A DNA stretch of 64,000 nucleotides from an uncultured Pseudomonadota bacterium (GCA_963836235.1 CAWIIP010000005.1:1-64000); one strand, 5' to 3'. Counted from the stretch's first letter, positions 8,593-19,670 are shown. Notes: generated by a model from the letters alone, not told the origin. Translations and numbers: made by a program.

Positions 8593-9876
8593 TTATTTTA
8601 CAGCTACGGATGACGTATCCATGGGCCAACGGCTGACGACTTCCCGAACCGTTCTTTCCGTCGCCCCCCGCATGGACACCACCGCGTCATGGGCCCGATG
8701 GCCCGATTCCTTGGCCAAGTCGGAATCCATTAACCGCTCAAAAACCTTCACCACGTCCTGGCCGTGATCGACCAAAAACCCGCCCCCGGATTCGATCAAG
8801 GCTTGTGCCGCTTCCCCCACGTTTTGCGTGTAGGGGCCGAAGCAAACCGGCACATGGGACAGGGCCGGTTCCATCACGTTATGCCCGCCGATAGGCACCA
8901 AAGTCCCCCCCACGAAAGCGGCCCGTGAAAAGGCGTAAGCTAAAGATAACTCTCCGACCGTGTCCAAGACAATGACTCGTTCGGGCGTTTGTTCTTTTTC
9001 CAATTCACTGCGGAAAACATGGTCGACACCCAGGGCTTTCAGTTTTTCCCGGTAAACCGGGGCGTTCTTTAAGTGACGGGGAGCGATCAAGACCTTGACA
9101 TCAGGGGAAATCCGGAGGATTTCCGGAACTAGGGGCAAGAGTTGGTCTTCTTCCCCGCTTCGCAAACTTCCCAGGGTAAAAAGAATATCCCGGTTCATCA
9201 GGCATAGCTTTTCCTTGAACTTTTGAACCGCCATGGCGTCCGGTGACTGCCGGTCGTATTTCATTTGACCCGCCACTTGAATTCGCTTCTCGGAAACCCC
9301 CAAAGCCGCCAGCCTATCGGCATCCTTCGGAGTTTGTACCAGGCAGAGGCTAAAGCAATTCAAGGCCGGTTTGAAAAAACCTTTTAACTTCTGGTAGGAC
9401 GGAAAACTCCGGTCGGAGATGCGCCCATTGATGAGTAGCACTGTCAGTCCATTTTGGCCGGCCCGGCGAAGCCAATTAGGCCAAAACTCGGTTTCCGCGA
9501 CCAGTACCATCACGGGCCGGAAAGCCTGGAAGGCCCGTTTTAAGGGCCAACGCTCATCTAAAGGCGCCAAGAACACATAATCCGCCAATTTCTTTTCCAA
9601 CGCGATCTTTTTCCCCGTTTCAGAGGTGGTGGTCAGGACAATATGGGCCTCGGGTTTGGCCTTGCGAAAGGCCAGGCAAAAGGGGGTGATGGCGTTGACC
9701 TCGCCCGTCGACGCGGCATGCAGCCAAACGTTGTAACCCTTCGTAAGCTTTTGAAGGTCTTCTTTCCCGTAAAAACCCAATCTTTCCCGGAAAGAGGAAT
9801 CGCGGTACACCAGCCCCACCACCCGGGCCAAAATATACAAAAGCGCCATAAAGAACCTGTAGATAAAAAGAAGCAT
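8593..9876 (-). CDS. waaA: Kdo transferase
   Basis: WLHAASTGE, ETEFWPN, NGRISDRS, APRH and GGHNVMEP motifs. Confidence 0.95.
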   Translation of the reverse strand: MLLFIYRFFMALLYILARVVGLVYRDSSFRERLGFYGKEDLQKLTKGYNVWLHAASTGEVNAITPFCLAFRKAKPEAHIVLTTTSETGKKIALEKKLADYVFLAPLDERWPLKRAFQAFRPVMVLVAETEFWPNWLRRAGQNGLTVLLINGRISDRSFPSYQKLKGFFKPALNCFSLCLVQTPKDADRLAALGVSEKRIQVAGQMKYDRQSPDAMAVQKFKEKLCLMNRDILFTLGSLRSGEEDQLLPLVPEILRISPDVKVLIAPRHLKNAPVYREKLKALGVDHVFRSELEKEQTPERVIVLDTVGELSLAYAFSRAAFVGGTLVPIGGHNVMEPALSHVPVCFGPYTQNVGEAAQALIESGGGFLVDHGQDVVKVFERLMDSDLAKESGHRAHDAVVSMRGATERTVREVVSRWPMDTSSVAVK

Positions 9877-9899
9877 TCGATTATTCCTTGCGGCTGTTT

Positions 9900-10553
9900 T
9901 TAATGGACAAAATAATTTTCCGCGGCTTCGGTTACCCGATCTAACTCTTTTTGGATCTTTTCAAAATAGTCTTGGTCATTCCTGCCCTGTTCCGGGATAA
10001 GAATCGGCTCACCATAAACAAACACGGCCCGGCTGAAGGGTTTGGGAATGATGAAACTATCCCAGCTTTTCAGGCGCCAGCAATGTTCCGCCGCAAAGCC
10101 AAAGGGAACGACCGCGCATCCGGTAAGACGGGCTATCTGCACCGCTCCCATCTTCATTTCCCGCCGGGGACCCCGGGGCCCGTCGGGTGTAATGGCGCAA
10201 CGCTTGCCTTGTTTCAGGTAATCCACCATTTCCCGAGTGGCTTCCTGGCCGCCTTTTGAGCTGGAACCCCGCACCGCCGTATAGCCGAAAAACTTGCCGA
10301 TAGTCGTGATCAGCTCACCATCCCGGCTGGCCGAAATCATCACATGCACATCCTGATCCCGATGATACCAAACGCTCATCAGGATCGTCTCGTGCCACAG
10401 GGCCCAAAGCGGCGGCTCCTGCTGGCGTCCCCGGGGTCCCAAGTCCGCCCGTCCCTCGGATTTGATGCGCAAGGTCAATCCCAGTAAGTGCGTCAGGGGT
10501 GTGGCGATGAGGACGATGATCCAATCCTTAAAGGAAAGCTTGTTAGTCCTCAC
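9900..10553 (-). CDS. DUF374 / lysophospholipid acyltransferase-family protein
   Basis: WH, ISASRDGE, RGSSSKGG, TPDGPRGP and SWDSFIIPKPF motifs; lies between lpxB and waaA. Confidence 0.85.
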   Translation of the reverse strand: MRTNKLSFKDWIIVLIATPLTHLLGLTLRIKSEGRADLGPRGRQQEPPLWALWHETILMSVWYHRDQDVHVMISASRDGELITTIGKFFGYTAVRGSSSKGGQEATREMVDYLKQGKRCAITPDGPRGPRREMKMGAVQIARLTGCAVVPFGFAAEHCWRLKSWDSFIIPKPFSRAVFVYGEPILIPEQGRNDQDYFEKIQKELDRVTEAAENYFVH

Positions 10554-11704
10554 TTGGCGGCCGTCAGCATTCGTAAAATTTCATGGGCCACATTTCGGGA
10601 AGCTTGGGGAGGCTGGGAGATATCTTTCTTGATTTTACCAAAGGCCCGGACCTGCTGGTCCCAAAAGTCCTTGTGATCCAGTATCCGGTTTGTTTCCTCC
10701 ACCAGCTTTTTGGGCTTGGCCTTTTCCTGGAGGAGTTCCGTGACCACCGTTTGGCCGGCCAGGAGATTCACCAGGGAAATATTTTTGACTTTGAGCAGAC
10801 GCCTCGCCAAAAAACCGGTCACGGCCGCCACTTTATAAACGACGACCATGGGGGTTCCCAGCAAGGCGGTCTCCAGGGTGCTGGTGCCGGATTTGATCCA
10901 GGCCACGTCGCAAGCCTTGCGAAGCTCGTAGGCGGGGCCTTCCACGAAGAAAAAGGGGTCGTCCGGGGTTAAACCGGTGAAATCCTCTTGTTCCAAACCC
11001 TGGGATTTGGGGATGACAAAAGCGGCGTCCGGACAGCTTTTACGGAGGATACGGGAAGCCCTCAGGAAAAGGGGCCATATCTTTTCGATCTCGCCCTTGC
11101 GGCTTCCCGGCATGGCACAAACCACCGGAAAGCGGGACAACTGGATTCCATATTGGCCCAGCACTTCCTTTCGTTGAATCGGCTTCAATTTCATTTCTTC
11201 CATGAGGGGATTACCGACGTAAAAGGCCTTGAGCCCGTGTTTTCGGAAAAAACCGGGTTCGAATGGGAAAATGACCAGTAACTTTTGAATGATCTTTTTC
11301 ATCGTCTTCACGCGGCCCTGGTTCCAGGCCCATACTTTCGGCGCCACGTAATAGCAGACGGGAATTCCCATCCGATGGGCCCGCTCAGCAAGCCGCAGGT
11401 TGAAACCGGGATAGTCCACGAGGAAAAGCAAGTCGGGTTTTTCGTCGCTCAACCATTTTTCACAATCGGCAAACCGGCGACGGATGGCGGGATAGTGTTT
11501 CAAGACTTCCCAAAAACCGATCAAGGCCTGGCGTGTCAAATCCTCCCGAACTTCCATGCCCGCTTGGGCCATGAGTGGCCCACCCAGGCCGAATAGCTTC
11601 AGTTTTTTATTTTTTCGAAGGAGGCTTTCGATCACCTTGGCGGCGTGCATATCCCCCGAGGCCTCGCCGGCCACCATCATCACTTTTTTAAACAGGGCTT
11701 TCAT
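10550..11704 (-). CDS. lpxB: Lipid-A-disaccharide synthase
   Basis: AGEASGD, DYPGFN, PKVWAW, PGSRKGEI and SGTSTLE motifs. Confidence 0.95.
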   Translation of the reverse strand: MKALFKKVMMVAGEASGDMHAAKVIESLLRKNKKLKLFGLGGPLMAQAGMEVREDLTRQALIGFWEVLKHYPAIRRRFADCEKWLSDEKPDLLFLVDYPGFNLRLAERAHRMGIPVCYYVAPKVWAWNQGRVKTMKKIIQKLLVIFPFEPGFFRKHGLKAFYVGNPLMEEMKLKPIQRKEVLGQYGIQLSRFPVVCAMPGSRKGEIEKIWPLFLRASRILRKSCPDAAFVIPKSQGLEQEDFTGLTPDDPFFFVEGPAYELRKACDVAWIKSGTSTLETALLGTPMVVVYKVAAVTGFLARRLLKVKNISLVNLLAGQTVVTELLQEKAKPKKLVEETNRILDHKDFWDQQVRAFGKIKKDISQPPQASRNVAHEILRMLTAAK

Positions 11705-11741
11705 GGCTCAGGAACAACCTCGTTATTTATTCGTTAGGAAA

Positions 11742-12848
11742 TTAGTAGGCCGGCACCGAGGGAATCAGGGTGATGGGGACATTAACGTAACCCAGTAAGG
11801 CAAAGCCCGTATCCCACCTTTCATAACCCAGGTTAAAGGCCAGGGGCAAGCCGTCGATTTGGGTGTTGAAAAGAACAGGATGTTGATCCATCGGAAAGGG
11901 TTTCCAGATTTCAAACTTCCAATTTCGACCCCAAAAGTAGGTATTGAAACCTGTGTAAAACATGCCTGACGGCGATGTGGCTCCATCTTCAGAGATTGTA
12001 GTTTGAAGATTGGAATCCAAAAAAGGCAGAAGGTCGGAATAATTCAGACTGACAAGACCTGTTTTTTCCAAACTATAAATATATCCCATGTGGACGGCAG
12101 TTTTGTAGAAGATGGTTTTACTCAAGACGGTATAAACCCCGCCCATGGTATTGTGTGACAGCTGAAAACTTTGATTGCTGGAACCCGAACTGGAACTTCC
12201 CCCCGTCTGAGCCGCCAGTGAATACATCAACCCACTTGCCATTCCAGGCCTGTCCCCATCTTCATCCAGCCAGGCGTATTTCACGTCGGTCGACAACAGC
12301 GCCAGGCTGATTTCCTCCAAGGAATCGAGATAGGTTTGGGAAAAATCCCTGGAGATGATGCTTCCAATGAAATAGGTAAAATCAATATTCCAGTTAAAAC
12401 CATCCGTATGGTCCCAACCGTTGGAAAAAGCCGTTGGCAACATCACCAAGGACGCGCGGGAGATGCTGGGGGTATTGGTCATGGTGGGGGTAAATGTCAT
12501 GGAGGGGGAGATGGTCCCGGTTTGGGTCGGGGTACCGGTCGCGGTCCAGGTAAAAGTGGCGGTAGGCGAACCCGGCGTAGGAGTATCAGTGGCGTAAGGA
12601 TCCCATGTGTTGGTCCAAGTCGGCGTCGCGAAGGGGTTGTAGGTGGGCGTGGGCGTTGGAGTATTGGTCGGGCTGTTGGTGGGAGTATCCGTGCTGACAT
12701 CGGTAGGAGTATCCGTTTTAACGGCGGTAAGGGTGAAAGTAGGCGAGGCCGTCCAGGCGGGGGAAGGGGTAGCTGTGTTCGACTGGGCCCATAAAGCCGG
12801 GGCCGCCAGGAGAACCCATAATTCAACGCAGTATATAAACCTTAACAT
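11742..12848 (-). CDS. Secreted protein with Thr/Pro-rich repeat linker and beta-rich C-terminal domain
   Basis: Signal peptide from ATG 12848 (MLRFIYCVELWVLLAAPALWA), TPT repeats and an aromatic beta-strand-like C-terminus. The ORF track's extension to 13118 overlaps the upstream gene. Confidence 0.7.
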   Translation of the reverse strand: MLRFIYCVELWVLLAAPALWAQSNTATPSPAWTASPTFTLTAVKTDTPTDVSTDTPTNSPTNTPTPTPTYNPFATPTWTNTWDPYATDTPTPGSPTATFTWTATGTPTQTGTISPSMTFTPTMTNTPSISRASLVMLPTAFSNGWDHTDGFNWNIDFTYFIGSIISRDFSQTYLDSLEEISLALLSTDVKYAWLDEDGDRPGMASGLMYSLAAQTGGSSSSGSSNQSFQLSHNTMGGVYTVLSKTIFYKTAVHMGYIYSLEKTGLVSLNYSDLLPFLDSNLQTTISEDGATSPSGMFYTGFNTYFWGRNWKFEIWKPFPMDQHPVLFNTQIDGLPLAFNLGYERWDTGFALLGYVNVPITLIPSVPAY

Positions 12849-13665
12849 TCTTGCGCCCAAAATGGACCGCCTCTTCGTAAGTGTCGTAGCATAAATCAAT
12901 CTTTTTTCCCTTAATGGCGCCGCCCCTATCCGCCGCGATGGCATAGCCATATCCCTCGATATAAAGCGGGGTTTTGAGGTGGATGAACCGCGTATCCACC
13001 GCCACCACCCCATAACCGGCCTTGAGCCCCGAGGCCGTCGTACCCGAAGCGTAAGGCCAAGTGTCTTCCGGGCCCGGATAGTAAGCCGTCGCCTCCATGA
13101 TGACGATTTTCCGGACACGGGCCCGCTTTTTCAGCGGGTAAAGTTTCTGCCGGAGGGAGGTCCCCTCCAATACTTTAGCATCCTTTGCGGGGATCAAAAC
13201 TTTCGAATTCAGGACTTTTTCGAAGGCTTTCTCACCGTCTAAATAATAAGACTCGATTTGTTGCTCTTCCTCACCATCCTGGCCCCGTTCGATATCGATG
13301 ATTTCCCCGGCATTCAAGGTATCCGTGTAGTCGGTATGAACCATCGCCATTATTTTCTTTTTAACGTCCCTGACCTGGCGCTCCACAAGCCCTAAGTCGA
13401 TCTCCATTCCTTCGGTGACCGGTGATGAAACATCCGGCACGACCACATCCTGGGGTTTAAGGGTGATGCCCTGTTCCTTGAGAACATCCCCCACGGTTTT
13501 CCCCGCCGTCAAAACCTCGCTTACTTTATCCTTTTGATAAAGGAAGACGTGAAAATGGACCGCGGTGGACTTTCCGTATTGGACCCACCCCAAAACCACC
13601 ATCAAACATAAAACCCCCGCCCCTATATAGACGATCCATCTATTCTTTTGTTTTAACTTAACCAT
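12823..13665 (-). CDS. DUF348/G5/3D-domain cell-wall protein (YabE-like)
   Basis: N-terminal TM helix, TVGDVLKEQGI, a G5-like segment, and 3D motifs ATAY, VAVD, AADRGGAIKGKKIDL. Confidence 0.88.
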   Translation of the reverse strand: MVKLKQKNRWIVYIGAGVLCLMVVLGWVQYGKSTAVHFHVFLYQKDKVSEVLTAGKTVGDVLKEQGITLKPQDVVVPDVSSPVTEGMEIDLGLVERQVRDVKKKIMAMVHTDYTDTLNAGEIIDIERGQDGEEEQQIESYYLDGEKAFEKVLNSKVLIPAKDAKVLEGTSLRQKLYPLKKRARVRKIVIMEATAYYPGPEDTWPYASGTTASGLKAGYGVVAVDTRFIHLKTPLYIEGYGYAIAADRGGAIKGKKIDLCYDTYEEAVHFGRKNVKVYILR

Positions 13666-13811
13666 TCCCCAGCCTTAAATAGAAGCGATGACCCTTGGGA
13701 AGTCGCCGAAAGCTACCGAAAGGTCGGAAACCCCTGCCTATTCGTGATTTCAAGCGCTCGATACTTTCTCACTTAAAAAACGACCCCGGGAATAAGGAAA
13801 TTCCAATTGTT

Positions 13812-14375
13812 TCAAGAATCCAAGAAGTTCTTAAGAAGCGCCTTGCCCGACTCGGTCAGGATGGACTCGGGATGGAATTGCACCCCTTCAACCGGAAGAG
13901 TCTTGTGGCGGACCCCCATAATCTCCCCATCCTCGCTGGTGGCCGTCACTTCCAGACAATCGGGCAGGGTCTCTTTTTTAATAACCAGCGAATGATAACG
14001 GGTCGCCCGGAAGGAATTAGGGAGCCCTTTAAAAACGCCCTTGCCATCATGGGAAATTTGGCTGGTTTTGCCGTGCATCAATTGCTTGGCCCGGATAATC
14101 TCTCCGCCAAAGGCGTAACCAATGCTCTGATGACCCAGGCAAACACCCAAGATGGGAATCTTGCCCGCCAATTGTTTGATCGTATCCACCGATATACCCG
14201 CTTCCTTGGGTGAACAGGGGCCCGGCGATATGAGAATATGGGTCGGTCCTCTTTTCAGGATTTCATCTACCGTCACTTCATCATTGCGGAAGACCTGGAT
14301 GTCGGCGCCCAACTCTCCGAGGTATTGGACGATGTTATACGTGAAGGAATCATAATTATCGATGACGAGGATCAT
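13812..14375 (-). CDS. trpG: Anthranilate synthase component II (glutamine amidotransferase)
   Basis: [26 protein letters not shown] and QFHPES motifs; coupled to trpE. Confidence 0.92.
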   Translation of the reverse strand: MILVIDNYDSFTYNIVQYLGELGADIQVFRNDEVTVDEILKRGPTHILISPGPCSPKEAGISVDTIKQLAGKIPILGVCLGHQSIGYAFGGEIIRAKQLMHGKTSQISHDGKGVFKGLPNSFRATRYHSLVIKKETLPDCLEVTATSEDGEIMGVRHKTLPVEGVQFHPESILTESGKALLKNFLDS

Positions 14376-15934
14376 GACCGGCCTCCTTTCCGAACACCTT
14401 TAGCATTTGTGGCGATTTCAGCTTGGTGAACGGCCATCAAAACCGCCCGGGCCTTGTTGCAGGATTCCATATACTCGCTCTGCGAAACCGAATCCGCGAC
14501 GAGTCCCGCCCCGGCCTGGACATAAGCCATTCTTTTCTTTCCCTGTTTTTTCAAAACCACCGAACGGATAGTGATGGCCGAATCCAGATTACCGTCAAAA
14601 CCAAAAGCCACCACCGCCCCGCCGTATAGGCCCCGGTGAGACGGTTCCAATTCCTCGATGATTTCCATCGCTCGGATTTTCGGGGCTCCAGACAGCGTCC
14701 CCGCTGGAAAGCAGGATTGGAAAGCGTCATAAGCCGATTTGTCCTTTTTCAAATTACCTGTCACGTCGGAAACGATGTGCATGATGTGGGAATAACGCTC
14801 CACGGCCTCGAACTGGTTGACCTTCACCGTTCCGAAATCACAAACCCGGCCCAGGTCGTTGCGGGCCAAGTCCACCAGCATGACATGCTCCGCCAGTTCC
14901 TTTTGGTCTTTCAGAAGCCCTTCGGCCAGGGCCTGATCCTCGGCGGGCGTTTTGCCCCGGGGGCGGCTGCCCGCGATGGGGCGGGTTTCAACAATGCCGT
15001 TCTGGACCTTGATCATCATTTCAGGCGAGGACCCCACCAGTTCCACCCCATTTGCCTTGAGGATAAACATATAAGGCGAGGGATTTAACCGCCGCAGAAC
15101 CCGGTAGATAGTAACGGCATCAGCCCGGATTTCTTTTTCAAACCGCAAGGAACCTACCACCTGGATAATATCCCCGGCCTGGATATATTCCTTGGATTTT
15201 TCCACCATCCCCGCGAAGGTTTCCGGAGTCATGTTGGATTTAAAACCAAATAAATCATTGGGGCCGGGTTTTTCATGGGTGGTGACCTGAATCTCCGACA
15301 CACCCTTTAAAGGTTTTTCCATTTTCGCGGACAACCCAGCCAACTTTTTCAAAGCCCCCGTATAAGCTTTTTTCAAATTGGTCTTAGCTTCAAGGGGAAC
15401 GTTCACGACAATCCTTAAGGTGCGCTTGAGGTGGTCGAAAAGAGCCAAATGGTCGGTCACCATCAGATAAAGGTCGGGCAGGTCCAATAGATCGGGTTTT
15501 TGTTCCGGTAGTTTTTCAAAATATCGGACCGCGTCATACCCGACGAACCCCACCAAACCACCCATGAATCCTGTCGCTCCTTCTAGAGGAGCCTGGTTGA
15601 CGGCAGAATTTTTTTCTTTAATGATTTGAAGCGGATTCGGACAACGAAGGATATTCTTTTTCTTTCCCACCCGATGATTCAAAATACCGTTTTTGGACTC
15701 AAAAATACCCGAAGGATCGAAACCCACAATGGAATAGCGGGCTACCTGCTCGTTTTTCTCGACGCTTTCCAAAAGAAATCCATTGTCGCCTTCGGCCAGT
15801 TTTAAATAGGCCGAAAGTGGCGTTTCCAGGTCCGATTGATAGGCCACGGAAATCGGAATGCGGTTGTATTGACGCGCCAGTTTGGAAAAATCTTCGAAGG
15901 ATGGAACAACGTTAGAAATGGATGACTTTTTCAT
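14372..15934 (-). CDS. trpE: Anthranilate synthase component I
   Basis: [36 protein letters not shown] and QAGAG motifs. Confidence 0.93.
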   Translation of the reverse strand: MKKSSISNVVPSFEDFSKLARQYNRIPISVAYQSDLETPLSAYLKLAEGDNGFLLESVEKNEQVARYSIVGFDPSGIFESKNGILNHRVGKKKNILRCPNPLQIIKEKNSAVNQAPLEGATGFMGGLVGFVGYDAVRYFEKLPEQKPDLLDLPDLYLMVTDHLALFDHLKRTLRIVVNVPLEAKTNLKKAYTGALKKLAGLSAKMEKPLKGVSEIQVTTHEKPGPNDLFGFKSNMTPETFAGMVEKSKEYIQAGDIIQVVGSLRFEKEIRADAVTIYRVLRRLNPSPYMFILKANGVELVGSSPEMMIKVQNGIVETRPIAGSRPRGKTPAEDQALAEGLLKDQKELAEHVMLVDLARNDLGRVCDFGTVKVNQFEAVERYSHIMHIVSDVTGNLKKDKSAYDAFQSCFPAGTLSGAPKIRAMEIIEELEPSHRGLYGGAVVAFGFDGNLDSAITIRSVVLKKQGKKRMAYVQAGAGLVADSVSQSEYMESCNKARAVLMAVHQAEIATNAKGVRKGGRS

Positions 15935-16045
15935 GATAAAAACCCCCTTGGTTTTAAATTTGAATTAAGGCGACAGCTTTCCCGGGCTCTTAGGAGAGCC
16001 AAAGAGGGCTACGCCAATGGTTCAAATTCATTCCAAGCAAAGTTT

Positions 16046-16438
16046 TCATTTGTGTCCGTAAACCTTTTCGGGGTCGAAAACCTGGACTCCCACGTCCTTC
16101 CAGTTGTCGCCCGCCAATTCGTTAAAGAAGCAAGAACGCTTGCCCGTGTGGCAGGCCGCTTCCCCGACTTGTTCTATTTTTACCAGAATCACGTCTTTGT
16201 CGCAATCGGTATAAAGGGCCTTGAGCTTCTGGACATTGCCCGATTCCTCGCCCTTTTTCCACAGTTTCTTGCGGCTACGGCTCCAATAGGTAACGTTGCC
16301 GGTGGCGATCGTATGCTCAAGGGACTCGCGGTTCGCGAAGGCGAACATGAGGATTTCCCCGGTCTTCGCGTCCTGCGCGATGACAGGAATCAACCCGTCT
16401 TCTTGGAACTTCAAGGTGTCAATCCAACTCATGGCCAT
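16046..16438 (-). CDS. hisI: Phosphoribosyl-AMP cyclohydrolase (monofunctional)
   Basis: SRSR..LWKKGEESGN, DCDKD and ACHTGKRSCF motifs; no HisE domain. Confidence 0.95.
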   Translation of the reverse strand: MAMSWIDTLKFQEDGLIPVIAQDAKTGEILMFAFANRESLEHTIATGNVTYWSRSRKKLWKKGEESGNVQKLKALYTDCDKDVILVKIEQVGEAACHTGKRSCFFNELAGDNWKDVGVQVFDPEKVYGHK

Positions 16439-16528
16439 CCTCCCGGGTGAAATGAGGCGTTAAATTAAGCTTTCCAGCCGTAAAATTCCAGTTGTTTTTG
16501 AGAAAAGGTAAAAAGGGGAAGGAAATGC

Positions 16529-17104
16529 TTACGAAACCTTTGGCCAAGAACCCAAGTTGGGCCAAGCATTGGACATGAGCCGGTCGATTAGTTTTTCAGG
16601 TTCACTCTCCAACACTAATGCCTCAACCAAACCTGGTTTGACAAATCCTTGGGAAGTGAGGGATCCAAGAAAGTCAAAAAGCTTGTCGTAATAGCCTTCC
16701 ACATTTAAGAACCCGATAGGTTTGGCCTGAAAACCAAGTTGATTCCAGGTGATCATTTCCATTACTTCATCCATAGTCCCGAAACCTCCCGGCAAAGCGA
16801 TAAAAGCATCGGACAAGGCAGCCATTTTTGCTTTTCTCTCATGAATGTTTTTTACGACATGTAATTCCTGCAACCCTGGATGGGCCACTTCTTTTGTTTT
16901 TAAAGCCTCAGGAAGAACACCGATCACGCGCCCTCCCTTTTCCAATACCGAATCCGCTAATTTTCCCATGAGGCCGATTTTGGAACCGCCATAAACAAGC
17001 GTAAGCCTTTCGGAGACAAACACCTCGCCCAACTGTTTTGCTTTTTCAAGATAGGCCGGATGGTTTCCAGAACTGGAACCGCAATAGACGCAAATGGCTT
17101 TCAT
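16529..17104 (-). CDS. LOG-family nucleotide phosphoribohydrolase
   Basis: ICVYCGS, LVYGG, HERK and PGGFGTMDE motifs. Confidence 0.92.
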   Translation of the reverse strand: MKAICVYCGSSSGNHPAYLEKAKQLGEVFVSERLTLVYGGSKIGLMGKLADSVLEKGGRVIGVLPEALKTKEVAHPGLQELHVVKNIHERKAKMAALSDAFIALPGGFGTMDEVMEMITWNQLGFQAKPIGFLNVEGYYDKLFDFLGSLTSQGFVKPGLVEALVLESEPEKLIDRLMSNAWPNLGSWPKVS

Positions 17105-17550
17105 GGCTTAGGTGCCTTCTTGGCGAACAGCCGTTCTAACAGTAGCACAATCCCGCTGCCGATGGCGCAACCGAGGAAAAACCAATAGGCCATGGTGTGA
17201 ACCCCGCCAGGCGGGGTGAATACCCATAAAACCAAACTTATGGGTATGGGGTTGATCGCCAGCAAGCCTAAGATGAACAGGGAATAAAGACTTATTTTTT
17301 TGATCCCCTGGGGTTGAGCTTTAAGCTCAACGTGGAGTTTATGGACCATGTAAAAATAAATGAATCCGCTCATCAATCCGGTGACCCAAAAAGCGCCGGT
17401 ACCGAATCCTCCCACCCAAAGTTTGAATTTGAAAAAGCCCCAGTAGGCCTGTATTCCCAGCCAAACAAGGCCGAGCGTGGCGAGCAAGTACAAGATCAAC
17501 TTGAATTTCGTAAACCGTTTTTTAGGTGCGGTTTGAATGGGCTCGCTCAT
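17101..17550 (-). CDS. Hypothetical 4-TM membrane protein
   Basis: Four hydrophobic segments; stop overlaps the LOG start (ATGA). Confidence 0.7.
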   Translation of the reverse strand: MSEPIQTAPKKRFTKFKLILYLLATLGLVWLGIQAYWGFFKFKLWVGGFGTGAFWVTGLMSGFIYFYMVHKLHVELKAQPQGIKKISLYSLFILGLLAINPIPISLVLWVFTPPGGVHTMAYWFFLGCAIGSGIVLLLERLFAKKAPKP

Positions 17551-17579
17551 AAGACCTTTAGTTTACAGTAGTCCGAGCT

Positions 17580-17861
17580 TCAATACTTCCCCGGCTCTCT
17601 TTCGACGATCTTAATTTCGAAACTCAGGGTTTCCTTATTGATGGCCGCCCGGGCCACGAAGGGATGGCCATTCTTCCAACCCCTTTGCAATCCGGGATTG
17701 TTTTTCATGACTTCGGCCATAAAGAAATCTAACTGTTTTTTGGCGAAGATCTCGACGTTTTCAAGGGTTTTTTCAGAATTGGGTTTACTGGCGAAATGCA
17801 TAACGACATTTTTGCGAATGAGATTTTCCATTTGGGAAAGAATGCTGCTGGTTTCCGGCAT
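17580..17861 (-). CDS. Hypothetical protein, paralog of 17870..18139
   Basis: Shared EKT...FAxKQLDFF...WxNGHP motif; GGAG RBS. Confidence 0.75.
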   Translation of the reverse strand: MPETSSILSQMENLIRKNVVMHFASKPNSEKTLENVEIFAKKQLDFFMAEVMKNNPGLQRGWKNGHPFVARAAINKETLSFEIKIVEREPGKY

Positions 17862-17869
17862 AACCTCTC

Positions 17870-18139
17870 CTACTCGTCGCAGGTGACCTCGACTTCGAAC
17901 TTATTCGCCACGGGGGTCATCCGCAAATGCACATGATAGGGATGGCCGTTCGCCCACTTGGCCCTCAATTCGGGCATTCCCTTCACGATTCCATTGATAA
18001 AAAAATCCAGTTGCTTTTGGGCGAAGAACTTGACCTTGTCCGGAGTCTTTTCGGCGGGCTTTAAAGGGCCGAAGTACTTGTTCACGTTGTCTTGGACCAA
18101 CTCCTGAAGCCTTTTAACGACGTCTTTCGGTAGACTCAT
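17870..18139 (-). CDS. Hypothetical protein, paralog of 17580..17861
   Basis: Shared motif as above; ATGA overlap with the hisF stop. Confidence 0.75.
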   Translation of the reverse strand: MSLPKDVVKRLQELVQDNVNKYFGPLKPAEKTPDKVKFFAQKQLDFFINGIVKGMPELRAKWANGHPYHVHLRMTPVANKFEVEVTCDE

Positions 18140-18906
18140 AAGCGCACCGGAATGTTTTTGTACTTGAGATATTCCTTTGCTTGTTTCACCGAATACTCCC
18201 TGTAATGAAAAATAGAAGCCGCCAGAACGGCGTCAGCCTTTCCCTTGAGGATACCGTCGGCCAAATGGTCCAGATTTCCCACCCCACCGGAAGCGATCAC
18301 CGGTACCGAAACGGACTCTGAAATGGCGCAAGTCAGTTCCAGGTCATATCCGTTCTTAGTTCCGTCCCGATCCATACTGGTCAAAAGAATTTCCCCGGCA
18401 CCTAATTCTACGCCTTGTTGGGCCCATTCGACAGCGTCTTTGCCTGTAGCCGTTCGTCCGCCATGAGTGAAGACTTCCCAGCCTTTGGAAGCGTCGTTGG
18501 GATCTCGGCGCTTGGCATCAATCGCCAGGACAATACATTGGGCGCCGAATTTTTCCGCCCCATCTTTAAGCACTTGTGGATTCTCGACCGCCCGGGTATT
18601 CAGGGAAACCTTGTCCGCGCCGGACTTGAGCAGGATTCGAATATCATCTGTTGTGCGCACCCCGCCACCCACTGTCAAAGGCATGAAAACCGCTTCCGCC
18701 GTCCGGGTGACCACGTCCAAAAGAATGTTTCTCTTCTCATGGGAGGCGGTAATGTCGAGGAACACCAACTCATCGGCCTCTTCGGCGTCGTATTGCTTGG
18801 CAATCTCGACCGGGTCACCCGCGTCACGCAAATTCTCGAACTTGACGCCTTTGACCACACGGCCTTCCTTGACGTCAAGGCAGGGAATGACACGCTTGGC
18901 CAGCAT
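18136..18906 (-). CDS. hisF: Imidazole glycerol phosphate synthase cyclase subunit
   Basis: [27 protein letters not shown] and LAASIFH motifs. Confidence 0.97.
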   Translation of the reverse strand: MLAKRVIPCLDVKEGRVVKGVKFENLRDAGDPVEIAKQYDAEEADELVFLDITASHEKRNILLDVVTRTAEAVFMPLTVGGGVRTTDDIRILLKSGADKVSLNTRAVENPQVLKDGAEKFGAQCIVLAIDAKRRDPNDASKGWEVFTHGGRTATGKDAVEWAQQGVELGAGEILLTSMDRDGTKNGYDLELTCAISESVSVPVIASGGVGNLDHLADGILKGKADAVLAASIFHYREYSVKQAKEYLKYKNIPVRL

Positions 18907-19661
18907 TACTTCTTCTTCCGGACGCGCGGCGACAAGGGTTCCTTAGCGATCTTAATCGCCTGCTTCAGGTCGATCTTGCCGGTATAAAGGGCTTTGCCGA
19001 TGATAACCGAGGTAATGCCGTATTTTTCCAAACGTTTGGCGTGTTCAATGTCCTTATAGCCGGACATTCCACCGGAGGCAATCACGGGAACTTTGACCGC
19101 CCGAGCCAATTCTTTGGTGCTCTTGAAGTTAGGACCTTCCAACATCCCGTCCCGCTGGATATCGGTAAAAATGATGGAGCCAACACCCATTTCGACCATT
19201 TCCTTAGCCAAGTCTACCGCTTTAACCTTAGTGACTTGCTTCCAGCCCTTAATGGCCACCATGCCCTTCTTGGCGTCGATCCCGGCAATGATGGAGTTGC
19301 CGTATTCCTTTACGGCTTCCTTCACAAACTCCTTGTTCTGGACCGCCGATGTGCCCAGGATGACGAAATCCACGCCAATGGAAAGCACTTTTTCAATGGT
19401 CTTAATATCCCGGATGCCACCACCCACCTGCACCTTGAGATCGGTGGCCTTTATGATGTCCTTCACGTAATCCAGATTGGCAAGCTTGCCGGAAAAGGCT
19501 CCGTCCAAATCGATGACGTGGAGCCTTTTGGCGCCTTTGAGCTTCCATAGTTTCGCGACCGACACAGGTTCCTGGGAATAAACCGTTTCGTCCCTTAAGT
19601 CGCCTTGCACCAACCGGACGCAACGGCCCTTACGAATATCGATGGCGGGTATAACGTACAT
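18906..19661 (-). CDS. hisA: ProFAR isomerase
   Basis: [27 protein letters not shown] and TDIQRDGML motifs. Confidence 0.96.
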   Translation of the reverse strand: MYVIPAIDIRKGRCVRLVQGDLRDETVYSQEPVSVAKLWKLKGAKRLHVIDLDGAFSGKLANLDYVKDIIKATDLKVQVGGGIRDIKTIEKVLSIGVDFVILGTSAVQNKEFVKEAVKEYGNSIIAGIDAKKGMVAIKGWKQVTKVKAVDLAKEMVEMGVGSIIFTDIQRDGMLEGPNFKSTKELARAVKVPVIASGGMSGYKDIEHAKRLEKYGITSVIIGKALYTGKIDLKQAIKIAKEPLSPRVRKKK

Positions 19662-19670
19662 AGCTTTCCT

